Notes: a model not told the origin generated them from the sequence alone. A stretch of DNA of 62,000 nucleotides from Lama guanicoe (GCA_013239625.1 MU053933.1:1821026-1883025); one strand, 5' to 3'; numbered from the stretch's first letter, positions 37,700 through 51,595 are shown. Translations and numbers: made by a program.

Positions 37700-40600
37700 T
37701 TGCCTCTGCTGATTCTGCTTTGTGGTCTTTCCCAGTGGAGTCACGTGGGATGGGCTTACTCCCCAGAATGGGCGACAGCGCATGTGAGATGGTGTCTACC
37801 AGGGGAGTGCTGGTTTTTGTCAGGGCCAGCCACGTAGGCACCTCTGTCTGCACGTATCAAAGCCAGACTCCGGGCCAGAGTGGGTGTTTAGCATCAGCCA
37901 TGTTTGTACCGTTTACGCCCAGTGAGGCAGGCCTCTCACGCGGTGTTGGGAACCCCTGCAGAATCCTCGTCCCCACGCACCAGCGAGGGCCCACCTTGCA
38001 GGCAGGCTACGGATGGCTGCCCCAGGCCTGCTGTGCTTAACGACGCTTCTCCCTGCAGCCCCTTGGTGGTGGTGTTGGACTTGATCTCGTGGTCAGGGGG
38101 CTGTCCGCTCTCTCCATGCTGTACGTCTCTTTCCCCCTTACAACCAATAAGCCGTCTCTGGGGAGCCACCCTAGGACCACGTGCCTGTCCTCTGTGTCCA
38201 GCTTTCTTTCCCACTGAGCTTTAGCCCCAGTGATGAGTCTTCCTGAACCAGTCAGCACCAGGATTGCAGACACCACTCCCCTAGACGATCAGCCAGTGCT
38301 CTCCTCTAGGCGAGGGCCTGTGTGGGCTTCTGTGTGTCTAGCGCCTCGTGGTTGGCCGGCCTCACTCTGATGTTCAGGTTGAGCAGGAAGGGTCTCTTCG
38401 AGCTGGCTCCCGGGTCCTTTGGGGTGTTTTCTAGCTTTCTGGCACACCGGTATTCTAGGTTCTTGTTTTCTTGCTGCCCTTGTGCCAGACTCAGCCTTTT
38501 TTGCACAGAGACCGGGTTCCTTTGGCACTACAGAGCATCCCTGCTTCTCCACCTTTGCTCTGTAGAGCTGGGAAAGTGGATGTCTTAGAGATCATGAGTC
38601 AGTGTACCTCTGATTTTAGCCTCACGCCCCCGGCTCCTTCTTGCCTTCCCTGGTTCTGAAATGTTTACATCCGCTCTGGCCCCGACAGCACCAGCCCGCG
38701 CGTTCACTGCTGCGGTGTGCGAAGAGCAGCTCCAGAGGCCCTGTGCTCACGCTGCGGCCAGGACAGCCGCTGAGAAGCGGCCAGACCTCGTCTGCACGTG
38801 TGCTCGCCCAGGACTGACAGTCCACGTCCGTAGCTGGCCGGGCCAGTCCCTCAGGAGCCATTCTCCGCGGTGTCTGCCTGGTGGCTCCGCACGTCCTTTT
38901 TCCTTGTGCATTTTGGTGTCAGGTGGTGTTTCTGGGCTTTTGCTGCTGTTGTCAGTGGGGTTTTCTTTCCCGCTGTATCTTCTAGTCGGTGCTTTTCCGT
39001 GTCTGTAAAGGCTGTTGGTTTTGTAGTGTTCACCTTGCCGACTCTCTCGCTGTTTGTGTTGGTTTTGTCATCGATTCTCTGGGCCCCGAAGTCCGGGGTT
39101 TTCCGGGTACCCTGTCACGCCACCCACGGAAGAGGTGGTCTTCTTTCTCCCGGCTCAGTTCTTGTGCCTCAAGTCGCTTTTCCTGGCTAAGCCGTCGTCA
39201 GGGAGCAGTGGAGGCCGCGGGTGTCTTTGCCTTGTTCCTGCCTCCGACGGGAGTGCCCGTGGCGTCTCCTCGTGGAGTGGGATGCTGGCTGCGCGGCTGA
39301 GGCGGACGTATGCGAGCTCAGGGAGGACATTGCATCTGTTCCTGTATTCTCGAGGGTCTTTACTAGGAACACACTGCTGAGTTCTGGTAAAGGCTGTCTT
39401 ATACCCAGTGGAGATACTCATGATTCTTCCCGCTTAGGTCTGCAAACGCTGTATGACGTTAATGGGCTTTTTATTATCGAACCACACTTGCACTCCTGCT
39501 ATATTCCACTTGGTCAGGGTGTTCCTGTCCCAATGTGGTGGTGGTGTCTGTTCACGTTACTTACGATTTTTTTCACCTGTATTCACAAGTGATTGATCTA
39601 TGACTTGTTTGTGTGTGCCGTCTCTACCAGGTTTAGGTGTCAGTGTTATACTTGATTCATAAAAGTAACTTGGAAGCTTTTGTTTGTTTCCTGTACGTGA
39701 AGCAGTGTATGTAGCGCGGGCGCTGTCTGCTCTAGGGGTGTGGTGGGGCTCTTCTGAGAAACCATCTGGGCCCGGTCCTTTCTTGAGGGATAGCTCCTTG
39801 GTTACTCTCTTACCTCTTCCGTAGAAATTGGTCTGCTTCAGCCATTTGTCAGTTTTGATAAACTGTATTTTTCTTAGAAATGGTCCATTTCAGTGAAGTT
39901 TTAAAGTTTCTTTCCATTGAGGTGTATAAAGTGGCTATTTTTGTCTTTGGCTTTTAAAATGTGCTCTGTGTCAGTAGCTACTCCTCCACCCCGTTCCTTA
40001 TTTTGTATATTTGTGTTTTCTCCTTTGCTCCCTTGATTAAATTAGCTACTTTGATTCTTTTCCTCAGAACCAGGCTTTTTATTTATTAATCTGATATACT
40101 ATCAGTATATTTTCTACCTTACTAATTTCTGCTTTTATTTTTATTGTTTCCTTCTTTCGTTTTCTTGTAGTTCACTCTGTTCTTTTCCTTATTTTTTTAA
40201 GCTGGAAATGCATTTTCATTCTTAAATTTTTAATGATATAAGTCTTTAAAGATGTGAATTTAAATATATCCTCGTGTTCTCTTACTATTTTTCAAAAATA
40301 CTCTATATTCTATTTGTATTGCCCCTTTCACTCCGTAGTTTAACAGAGTTTTTTAATCTTCAGAAGGAAATTTAAAACTTTTTTCACTTTAAAATTCCTG
40401 ATTTTACTGCATTGTGATCAGAGTGGTGTTTATGGTATTTCTGTTTTATGAAACTTATTTTTTTCTTTGTGACCTAATAAAGGTTTTTGTAGCTGTTTTG
40501 TGTGTGTTTGAGAACGTGTTTTCTCTGTTTTCAGAGCTGCCTCGCTGAGTATGTTGTTTAGGTTATTCATGTTTTGTTTTGTCCGCTTGACCTATCTGTG

Positions 40601-41200
40601 ACTGACTGGTATGTTGAAGTCTCTTATTATTAGTATGTTTCTATTCCTCTTGCATCTTCCATAATTTCTGTTTTGTACAGATGGTTGATGTATTATTTCG
40701 TGCATAGATATTCGTAAGTATAATAATTCTTATGGAGTGAAATATGTCACTAAAAACATGGGTTCTGAGTAGTGTTCTGCTTCATGTTTAGGAAGGCCTT
40801 GTCTATCTGAAGATAATAGCTGATTTTCTCCTTTTTTTTTGATGATTTTATAATTTGTGTTTTACATTTGGATCTGTATGGTTTCAAGTTATCTTTGTGT
40901 ATGGTGGGAGCAGTGTGGGTTCAGGGTCTAATTTAAAGTATAAATGGTAGTAAATTGGCCTAACATTTCAGAATCATTTAGCTTTTCCCCATTTATTGAA
41001 AGTGTCATCTCTACTTTAAACCAATATCTTGTATGCTCAATATTCTGGACACATCGGTTCTATTGACCATTGTCTGTTCTGTGCCAGGACCAGACTTTTC
41101 ATTACATTTAATTACATTTTTATAACGCGTATTGGTGTCTGTTCTTTAAAATAAATCTCTTGGCTAGTATACATGTTCTCTTCCGCATACGTTTTAGAAT
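37700..41200 (-). mobile_element. Long degenerate L1M remnant (ORF2 and 3' region)
   Basis: Scattered antisense L1 ORF2 motifs, e.g. aaaccatctgggcccggtcctttc and attttactgcattgtgatcagag. Confidence 0.65.
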
Positions 41201-41229
41201 CGGGTTGCTAGGTGTACAAATTTTGTTTT

Positions 41230-41700
41230 CCAAAAATGTCTGTTGTACCAATGCATCCCGTCCCACGTGCTCTTCTTTGCATGGCAGTGACCTTCCTCTG
41301 TTGAGAGGTTAGGTCTTTGTTTTCTCCAGTTGAATCTGGGTGGGCGTCTGACTGGCAGAAGGGACACTGTGACTCCTGAGACTGTCATAAAAGGTAATGT
41401 ATCTTTTGCCGGGTCCTCCTGGGATGCTTGCTCTTAGATCCTAGCCCCCATTCTGTGATGAAGTCAGTGCCCCCAGGAAGGCCCTCTGGGGTGTGCACCC
41501 CTGGTCCCAGCAGACGCCGCCAGCAGGCCAGTGTCCACCACCACCGTGTCTGCCTTCTTGCTCCCCACAGCTGGTGCCGGGTGGAGTGGACGAGCTGTCC
41601 AGCAAATCTCCAGAATGTAGATTTGTGAGCGGAGTAAATGTTCTGGACCACTTGGTATTATAGTGGTTTGTTACAAAGCCATGGATAAAACTGGGACACT
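41230..41700 (+). mobile_element. MaLR LTR (MLT1F/H-like) inside L1
   Basis: ttgaatctgggtgggc...gtggtttgttacaaagccatggataaaactgggaca terminal motif. Confidence 0.6.
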
Positions 41701-42439
41701 GATTGAAAAGACTGGAGGTGTTTTGGTTGGGATTGCCTAGAAAAAGTTACAGGTTCATTTGAGAAGAATTTTAGTGGTCACGAGTTCTCTCATCTGGGAA
41801 CCTGGTTTGTTTCTCCATTCTTTATGCCTTTTTTTGTGCCCTTTAGTGATGTGTTGTAATGTTTTTCACAGAAGTCCTGCAGCTTTATTGCTAGATACAG
41901 TGTTTGTGGACAGTACGGATGTGGGTTTTCCCTTAAACTGAAGTTCTCAATAGGGAGCCTTTGGGGTTGTTGTTGTTTTAGGGTTTTGTTTTGTCTTACT
42001 TTTGATTATTATCTGTTAAGAAAGTTTCCGGGAGCAGGCTGACACGGTTGAGGATTTTCAGAGTTAGAAGTAAGGCCCTCTGTCGGGTTCTCTCAGTGGC
42101 CGCTTTGGGGTTTACAGTCTGCGCCGTGACTCCCGGCTCCTTCCGTCAGTGCTGTTGGGCTGCTTGGCACGCGCTTTCATTTCCCCGCCTTGTGTGTGTT
42201 GTGGACCCCACATACGTTGTGACTATTTTTGCTTTAAATAGTCAAGCTGTTTTAAAGAGAGCAAAGGTGAGGAAGGGTGTCTCTCTGCCTGCAGGGCGGC
42301 CGCTGCCAGCGCCTCCCGCCCCGGGCCCGTCGTGTGGGGGTCCCGCCCTTCAGCCGGTGCTGCGTCCTTCTCCCCGGAGGCCTTTCCCTTTCGCACAGCG
42401 CGGGCCCGCTGGCGAGCAGTTCCTTCAGCTGTCACGTAC

Positions 42440-43400
42440 TGAAGAAAGAATTTTGCCTTCATTTTTGGAAAATATTTCCCTGATAGAGAAGTCTAGTTTG
42501 AAGTTTAATTTTCCTTTCAGCACTTAAAGGATATTACTCCACTGTCTTTTGGTTTCTGTTGTTTCTGTTTGTTTGTTTCAGTATATTTTTATTAAAAATA
42601 CGGCACGCTTCACGAGTCTGCGTGCCGGCCCCGCGCAGGGGCCGCGCCCGTCCTCTCCGCGTCGTTCCAGGGCGAGTGCGTGTTTCTCTTGTCACCCCTG
42701 AGAAGCCTTTGATGTTTGTCTCGTCACTTTGTACATAAGTGTCTTTCCTTTAGTGGTTTAAGATTTTTTTTCTTTATCAGTGATTTTAAGCAGTTTGGTT
42801 ATGATATGCCTTGGTATAGTTTCCTTCATGTTTCTTGTGCTTGGAGTTTTTTGGTTTTTAGGGTTTGTAATTTTGATCAGATTTAGACTATTTTTGGTTA
42901 TGATTTCTTCATATAGTTTTCCTGTTGCTTTCCTTCTGTGCTCTCCTTCGGGGACTCCAGTTACTCGTGTGTGAGGCCACGTGAAGCCCCAGCTCCCTGA
43001 GGCGCTGCTGCGGTTCCATCCGTCTGTGTTGCACTTGGAGGATCTGTTTCTCCGCCTCCACATTACCAGATCCTTTCTTCTGCAGTGTCTGGTCTGCTCT
43101 TAATCCCACCCAGTGTGTTTGTTCACTTGAGACATTATGATTTTCGTCTCTAGGAGTTCCACGTGAGTCTCCTTCTTTTTAAAATGTCTTCCATGTCTGC
43201 TTACCATCAGGCTTTCTCTGCCTTTGTGAACACATGAAATATGGTTGCAGTAACTATTTTGATGGCTTTGTCTATTAATTCTATGATCTGTATCGTTACT
43301 GAGTCTATTTCTGTGGTCAGTTTAGGACTAATCATCCCTCACTTCCTGAGTTCTCTGCCCGATGCCCTGTGAATTGGGAGGTTTTCCCATCTGGACTGTG
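42440..43400 (-). mobile_element. L1M ORF1 remnant
   Basis: ORF 42758..43063 (-) reads RVTGVPEGE...YEEIITKN...TIPRHIITKLLKITDKEK, matching L1 ORF1p. Confidence 0.85.
42595..42683 (-). pseudogene. RNU6: 5'-truncated U6 snRNA retropseudogene inserted in an old L1
   Basis: Gapless 89-nt alignment to the reverse complement of canonical U6 (63/89 identical). T-rich tail on the left; candidate TSD GTTTCTGTTGT (42552-42562) / GTTTCTCTTGT (42682-42692). Confidence 0.9.
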
Positions 43401-45666
43401 GAAATAAGTACTGTTCCTGGCCCTGTGCTGGTGTGCAGTCCCGCCTGACGGCCTCTCCGAGGCTCTGTGCGGCTCCCACCCACGCGTGCCGATGAGGTCC
43501 CGGCCGGATTCCCCAGGGCTCTCTCTGTGCTGCTGGCTCCTCTCTGGTGCTCTGACCTGCGAGGCCGTCCGCCTTTGCCTCCCAGGACTCCTTGGCTCCT
43601 CCTCCTCCACGCAGGGAGTCCGCCAGGCTCGACCTGTCTCCCGCCCTCTGTTACGGTCTGTAAGCGCTCCGGGTGGTCAGCAGGGCCGCTCCAGGGCTCG
43701 CCTTGCTTGTTTTCCTTTCTCAGGGGTCACTGTCCCGTGTTGCCTGATGTCCAGGTCTCAGAAACCCTTGGTTCATGTTTGTTTTGCTTGTTTCAGGTCG
43801 TTGTGTCCGTCTGGTCCTTGTCACTTCGTCTTGTCGAAGTGGTGGTCAGCATGTGCTCACTGATTTCTAGTTTCCGGTGTGTAAGCCGTTACTGTCATTA
43901 TATATTTTAAAGCTCAGATTATCCCAGCTTTGGCTTCCATGTCCTTAGTCTCAGTGGCTCAGCTTGGGTTCCTCTTCTGCAGAGTCACCGAGTCTCTTTA
44001 GTAATGTTCCCCATTTGCTCACTATCGTGAGCGATGGGCTAGATTTTGTACTGATTTTCCCCAGAACTTTGTGGAGCCCTGTCCAGCCTGCTGCTCAGCG
44101 AGCCCTCTCCTGAGAGTCCCTGCATACCGCCAAGCTGGTGTCCCCTTGGGGTGCAGCAGGAGAGCTGAGGGTGCGGGGGGGACTGGAGTTGGAGTCCAGC
44201 GAAGGACGCCCGGAACCAGCCCCCGTGACAGCCTCGGAGCTTTTCCCAGCTCTTCACTGCACCTTGACTGGCTGCTCTTTGATTTTAAAGCTACCGGAGT
44301 CTGTGGCTGCTGGTCCCCTAGCCTTTTGGTTTCACTTTCCAGGTGGCATGCATCTGGGTCCATAGAGTTCTGCCAGAACACCGACATCGCAAAGTCTAGA
44401 CCTCAGGTCCAGAGAACCACCACTGTGTGGGAAACATGCAGTATCTGAGCATTACTGTTGGATAGTAATTCACAGAAAATCAATTTTGCAGGGTGGTTTT
44501 CTTCTTAATTTTAAACCAGAAGGTCTTTTTCAGATTGTAGTTGTTTTAAATTTAAATTGAGGACATAGCAGTTTTTAAAACTTCTAAGTACTGCCTTTTA
44601 GAACTTTTCACTTGTCAATTAAATCATAGGAGGGACTGGATACAGAATTTGAAATTTAGCTCATTCATGGATCAAAATCACATGAGTGTTATTTGAGAGA
44701 GACTAAAAATCCAGACAAAATACGGACAGGATAATGAGGAATCTTTCTATTAAAAGTGGGAGAAGTAGATATTTAAACAGTAGCTATGAATTATAGTTTC
44801 CAAAAGTTTGTAAGCGCCTTGTGCTGAAATGAGATAAGCATCTTGGTTTTAGGTTTTCACTCTTGAGTCTGCTAGGTGGGTTTGTGGAGTACATGACAGC
44901 TGTAAGCAGAGACAGACAGCAAGGACCCCTTCTGTTTCCCTGCTTCCCTGGAAGAGCGCTGAGGCTGGACTCAGCTTTAGTGCAAGCAGGGTGCTCTCGT
45001 TGGCAGGCAGAGCGTTTGGGACTTGGAGTCAGAAGCCACGTTCATTTCTGGGACCAGGCTGGCTCCCCTGTGGATCCATAAGAATGAGAACCACTTTGAG
45101 AGCCCTAGATGGTCCCCTTTCCTCGGGTTCGCCTCTGAAGCGGCCTTGCCTTGACACGGCCTGCGAGGGGCTTGGAGGTCGGCTTGGTTCTGGGGCCCCC
45201 AGAGAGCCGAGGGGCTGTGAGGGAAACCATGGTGAGACTGGCCTGGGCTTTCTGCGAGTGGCCGCAGCCCTGGGCGGGCAGCCAGCCTGCAGCGGGAGAG
45301 GCCGCTCGCCACTCCGTCGCGGCGGGGCCGGGGGCTGGGTGGGGCCCCGCAGCGCTTGGGGGCGGGGCCTCTGCCGTACACAGCTGGGTTTCCAGGTCCC
45401 AGCTCACTAAGCAGATCCTGTGGCTGTGGGCAGCTTGCTCGGCCCTCTGACTCCGCCTCTTCCCTGTGTGTTGGGGGAGCCTCCCTCAGAGCCACTGGTC
45501 CACGGGCTGGCGCGGAGCGGCCTGCAGCGCCCGCAGCGGCACCGCGCTGGTCCCGTCCCGAAGCGGTCAAGCGCGGTTGCTGCTCTACTCTTTGTTACTG
45601 GACACGTCTTGCCAGGAAACTAGGGTATTGATGAGCCTGCTTTCACGGAGACTTGTTTATTTTCAG

Positions 45667-45863
45667 GATACTGAAGTGTATAAAGCTGCAGTAAAAGACG
45701 ACCTTACCAAGTGGCAGAACGTTCTGAAAGCGCATAGCTCGCTGGACTGGTTAGTAGTGGTAGTTGAAAATGATGCCAAGAGGAAAAACAAAACCAACAT
45801 CCTTCCTCGAACTTCTATTGTGGACAAAATAAGGAGTGACTTTTGTAATAAACAGAGTGACAG
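45667..45863 (+). CDS. TRAPPC10: TRAPPC10 exon 4 (DTEVYKAAVKDDLTKWQ...DFCNKQSD-R)
   Basis: tattttcag| acceptor, AG|gtaagt donor, 197 nt. Confidence 0.97.
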
Positions 45864-48800
45864 GTAAGTGTATCTTTCATTTTTCCTCGTTGGGCTGGAA
45901 CCTGGATGTGCGTTTACTGGCTCCCGAGTAGGAACAGATACGAACGCTGTGTGCGCCTGTTGTGTGCCTGACCCCTGAGCGTGCGGTGTGTGCTCAGGGA
46001 AGGGCCACATCCCTCTCCCCACGGAGTTCCTGGGCTGCCGGCAAGAACGCGCAGGAGCTGCCTGGGACGAGAGGCCCTGCACTCGCAACCGTGGGGCGAA
46101 CACAGGGCCCGTCTGAAGACAGGGAACGGGTGTCGGCGCAGGAGGGTTTTGAGCAGTCTGTGGCCCCTGTGTGCAGTGGGGTCTCTCAACGATTCTTGGT
46201 TAGGGGACCCTGTGTTTTGCTTGTTTACCTAAACACCTAGTGAGATTCCTGAAGCAGAGGTTGTAAGATGCTGACCCAATCTCCTTCAGATCAAGGTTGA
46301 GATTGAAAGGGAATCTGAAAGGCTGCTCTAGAGCGTGCACTTACCTTCCCCTCTTGCTTTTTCCCTTCTGGGCCTTGTTCCCTCCTGTGGGCACTGCAGT
46401 ACCTTGCTGTTCAGTGACGCCGCTCCAGCTGTGCTGGCCAGCGTGTTTCTTAACACCGTGCCCATTTTAGTCTGTACCTCGTAGTTTCGCACTTCCGCTC
46501 CCCCAGGTCCGGGGGTGCGGTGGTGAGCCTCATCCCTGTGCTGGAGCGGCGGGGTCAAGTGGCGGAGACGGGTGTTGCTTCACATCCCCATCATCGCACT
46601 TGGGGTTGTCATGGTGGCAGATGCTCAGACGGAAGGTTCCAGAGTGTGGCAGGAGCCTGGAGCAGGGGTCTGGCCTGCTCTGAGGGCTGCTGGAGCTGCC
46701 CTGAGAAAGCAGTGCTGAGGCTAAGAAGTAAGGGTGCAGAAGGAGGTGAGGGAAGACGTCCGGGGTGCGTGTGGCCGGGAGCACCAAGCAGAGGCCGCCG
46801 CGCGGCTGACTCACCTGCGGGCTGCATCCGCGGTGGGGCCGCCCCGTGAGTCCACAGCTCTTCAGGGAAGCAGCCACATGTGGGCTTCCTCTTTCTGTCC
46901 CACACGATCCTGGCCACGTAGCAGTGTCCTGGCTTGGCTTTGTCTAAAGTTTGAGTCAAATATTAGTTTGTTGAGCTTACGGTTTATCTGAGGGAAATTT
47001 CATGCATTGGACTTGTGGGAAGTTTTTCCTAAAATCTGGTGTTCACAAACTAGTTATCTCAAAGGAAGCAGCTTAACATTCTAACAAGAAGCCCCACAGC
47101 TGAGTGTGCTTGCCGCCCTGTGCCCCCGCACGCTGACGTTTCTGTTCTGGGGGAAGCGAGAGCGGACGCCGTGGGCCAGAGCGGAGGGAAGGGAGCCGGC
47201 CACCCGGCCTCCCCGCGCTCGGGGCACTGCAGAGGAACCGCGTGTTTGGGGGCTTCACTCAGTAAATAGATAGGCACTAGCGCGGTGTATTCGTCTGAAC
47301 TTGTGAAAGGTTCAGATTCTGTAGTAAGTTTTTCAGAGTGCTTGTGGGTTACTTTTGTCTGTGTTACAATTTTTATCTCATTGCCGACAGTCTGTTTCTG
47401 CTGGCCCATTTAAAACTAACTTGTTTTTAGTGATGCTTCTTTATATTTTAACTTAGAAAAATTTTTAATATTTCATCTCAAGTATTTAAAAATACCGTCT
47501 AACATTTTGATCTTCATTAATCTCCTAAGCTACCTTTGACAAATCTGTGTTCTTTTTTTGTCAAATCTGTGTTCTTAAGGTATAGATTTCACTTAATAGA
47601 AAATTTTTTCTTTGAACAATAAATGTATTTCTACACCATTATTGTTAGTATATACTATTCTATAATATTAATGCACTGTAAGTTATTTAGGTAGTCCTCT
47701 GCTGGACTTAGAAGTTATTGCTTACTTACTATTATAAACAACATTATAAACCTCTTTCTAGCTCAGAACTTAATTTACATCTTTAATTATTTCCTTAGGC
47801 TAAGTCCCTAAAAGGAAAAGTACTTGGTAAGAGTTTTGTGCACTTTTGAGCTTTTGGGGTGCTGAGACGGGGGCCGTGTGCTGATGGTCCGCGCCCCAGG
47901 GGAGGCGGGTCCCAGCCCGCGGCTCCCCGCCACGCAGCGCTGTGCTCGTCTCCTCATGGGCCCCCGCCGCCCTGCTTTGAGCTGTTTCGGGTTCTCCCTT
48001 TACGAGTTAACTGTCTAGGCATGATGTGAGTTTCTGAAGCTGAGCTGTTTTTTTTATTAATAAAAGAGGAGGATCTAGAAACAGTATACGCTGAAGGGCA
48101 GAATAGGGGATAGAGAGTGTAATGAATATATTGTCTGATTGGTAAGTACTGGTCACTGAAAAAAATGCTGTTTTTGTGTTTAGTGTTTGTGTCAGTTCCC
48201 GTTTTCACCCTCCCCTGTAGGTTCAGGGTGCAGGGTCTGTGTCTGGTCCAGAATAAACGTTGACGAGTGCAGCCCTTGAGAATGCCTTAGGGGCAGACTG
48301 CTGAGCTGATGGTTCTGGCAGCTCCCGTCTGAATCATACGCGTTAGCCCTTTGGCGGGGAGCTTGGGAGCGAGCTTTCGGGGAAGAAGCAGTGTCTGGTG
48401 GGGTGGAGTGACTGGAATTAAAGCCAGCTACTGGTTTTTGCATTTTCCTCTTGGTACTGATTATTCATTCACCTGGTGGATTGTCCAGAGTATGGGCTGT
48501 CTCACCCTTTTTCTCCACTGATGTGTAATTTCATAGGTTTAGTCCTTCCTCCGGGAGGTATGACGGGGCTCAGAGAAAATGAAACTTAGAAATCTGTCGT
48601 TTTGCTACTTGCTGGTAGTTCATGTGAAATATTCACAGAGGAGAAGTGTTGAAACTCACAGCATCAACATTTGAAAAGCATTTCTGAGCTCAGATTTATC
48701 CGTCTTCTTTCTAGAAAGAAAGGCACCTTTTCCAGCCTGCCGGGTGAACGTGCTGTCTTTTGCAGCTCCGCTGGAAGCACTTGTGCTTTTATGTCTTTGT

Positions 48801-49604
48801 TGTCTTTACACCGTGATACGGAGTCTTTTCATGGTGAAGGTTTATTATACCTGCAACTTAAGCCACATTCTTCTGGGCCTTTGTTTTTAATGATTTATTA
48901 GCCCTGCTTTGAGGAGCTCACGGTCTGGTGGGAGGAGCAGACCAAGAAGGGGAGAAACCAAGCGCAGCGGGAGTGTGAGCCCAGCGGGGCCGCGCGGGCC
49001 GGCAGCTCGGGGAGCGGGGCTGCCCAGAGGGCCGGTGGCCTGTCGGCCAAGCAGGGTGTTGCAGGGTGAGGGGGGGCCGCTTTCTCTAGGTGGAAGGAGA
49101 TGGGAGCACCAGGTGCTCCGCAGGCTTGAGTCGGGGGCGGTCGGGATCACAGTGAGACAGCCAGACCGGTCCATGTGGTCGGGGTCCTCGTGCGCCGCAT
49201 TGAAAGATCTAAATTTCAGTCTGTCCATTACAAGGAACCAGAAGAGGTTTTTGAGGATGGCAGGGCGAATGGGGTTTGGGAACTGAGTGTGACATGATCA
49301 CCGTATGTTAACAGAAAGCCCTGGAAGCAGGGTCTGACACTCAAGACGCGTCAGAAGTCCCTCCCCCTTTCCAGTCCGTTCTTCAGCAGCTCTCAGGAGC
49401 AGCACCCACTGCTCATGTGGCATTAGACCAGTTCGTGATAAGCCTTTTCCTGGTCTGATTCCTCACCCCCTGCCTGATGTGTTTCACCAGTTGGAGGGAG
49501 GAAGGGGAAGAAGGAGGTCAGTTTGCACCCCAGGAAGGCGGCGGCAGCTGGGCAGTGGTGCTGAGCTCGGGCGTCTCCCACAGAGTCCGCTCATGTCTCT
49601 GCAG

Positions 49605-49800
49605 GTGTGTTGTGCTCTCCGACCCCTTGAAGGACTCCTCCCGAACTCAGGAATCCTGGAATGCCTTCCTGACCAAACTCAGGACATTGCTTCTTATGTC
49701 TTTTACCAAGAACCTAGGCAAGTTTGAGGATGACATGAGAACCTTGAGGGAGAAGAGGACTGAGCCTGGCTGGAGCTTCTGTGAATACTTCATGGTTCAG
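49605..49800 (+). CDS. TRAPPC10: TRAPPC10 exon 5 (CVVLSDPLKDSSRTQESW...FCEYFMVQ)
   Basis: tctctgcag| acceptor, CAG|gtatgt donor, 196 nt. Confidence 0.97.
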
Positions 49801-50739
49801 GTATGTGATGAGCCACCAGACTCTGCCGTTTTCTCCTCCTCTCCCTCCTTCTCTCATTCTTTAGGAGTAAGGAGCTCTCTTGTGGTAATTCAAACTGACG
49901 CAGTTTTAGAACCAACAGACAGTAAACTGGCTAACAGATGATGCTTCGTTCCCTCGGCTTAAAGCAGAGGGTCTGAGACCATCTCCTAAGTGATGATGTT
50001 GTCAGCTGCCCGGCCGCTTCAGAGCTTGGCGTCTAGCCTTCTGTGAAACGGCCTCGTCCTCAGAGGATTTCTGGTTCTGCTCGGGTCTTGGGCCTCTGGG
50101 CTGTCCACCCTGGACATGACTTGGGTGGAGGGGCCCTAGCAGTGGTGATGGCCCTGAAGGTAAAGACATCTGCCCCCGGCCCAGCACCATGGTTAGGTGA
50201 TGACTTCTCAGGAGCACTTCCTCTGTGGCTTCGTTTCGTAACCTCGGGTTCCAATAAAAGATTGCTGTAAGCTCGGTTCTTCACTCTAGTTTACAGAGAT
50301 GCTTAGGTTTTTAAAAATGGTGGTCAATGATCAGACTTTTTCTTTTTAAGAAGAAAACTCTTGAGTAGATGAAGGGATGTGTAATAGTGTAGTTTGGGGA
50401 GGAGACCCTGCTAACATGGCACAGGGTGGTGAGAACGTCACTCTTGGGGACCAGAGTATGTTCACCATGTTTTGACTGAAAAGCATAATTTTCCTATTTT
50501 AGTATCACTTGTATATTAATTACTGAAGAAATAATGTACTTTGAATAAATAAAAGACCAATTCTCATTAGAAATTTTGAATTTTATCTCTTATTCTGCTG
50601 CTTCTGTCTTGGTATTTGGATGATTTTGGTCACATAAGGGGATTTGAATGTGTTCATCATTCTCTGTGTGATTGACCTGTGACAGCTCTTTCAGATTGCC
50701 CTGTCTCTTTACCCTTCATGCTTATTAAACTCACTTTCT

Positions 50740-51290
50740 AAGAGTAACAAACAAGGAAAGAGGGAGTCTAAATGAACCCAGTGGTGTTGGATTGGAATCT
50801 GAGGTCTCAGTGTGGACCCATGGTTGGATGGATGATGGATGGATAGATTCAGAAATGCAGATGTTTGGGTAAATGAGGGTTAGTACATATTCATACGTTT
50901 CTTCTAGGACAAATGACAGCTCAGTAGCAGTAGGTTAGTGCCACGACCTTGGTTTCTACACTGCACTCTCCAGCACAAGGTGCCGGGGCTCCTCGTGGAG
51001 GGTTAGATTCCAGGGCTGGTGCAGGGGAAATACAGTGTGTTGTAGAACTAGAAAGTAAGAAAGCGTACAAGAAGAAACGGTTTGTCAAAAGAACGAACAC
51101 ACCGCCTAAAGGAGCCTCCTGATCAGGCCGAAGCTGGAACAGCTTGTGCGACAAAGTAAATAATGCTAGAATTGGGCTGTAACCCATGAGGTGAGGTTAA
51201 TATCCACAGGCTTACACAGATACAGGTAAACAGTTTAAATAAGTAAGTGGAGGTTAAGTCCAGCCCTTCTGTGTAGAAGAATTCCATTTA
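50740..51290 (+). mobile_element. L1MC4/5-like 3' region (a related antisense piece lies at about 43850-44450)
   Basis: gattccagggctggtgcaggggaaataca...gtaaataatgctagaattgggctgtaacccat motifs. Confidence 0.55.
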
Positions 51291-51595
51291 AGAAGCGTGT
51301 GTCTGGGGAGGCAGGGGGACCTGCAGGGACGAGAGGCTGACGGCCACGCCCCCTGCTGCTGACAGGCCAGGGCGGAGTGTCCAGGAATCACTGGGCCTCC
51401 TCCCTCTCTCTGGTCCCCTCTCCCCATGCGCACAAAGGTTGACAGGAGCGGTCACTAAGTTGACTTCGACTTCACGTAGCGCAAGTATCACTCATTGCTG
51501 CATGCTTTTCTCTGTTTTAATCTTTCATAGCTATGTGTTTCAGCACATTCATTTATGTTTTTGCTTTTTTTTTTGGACTTTTTTTGGGTAAACAG

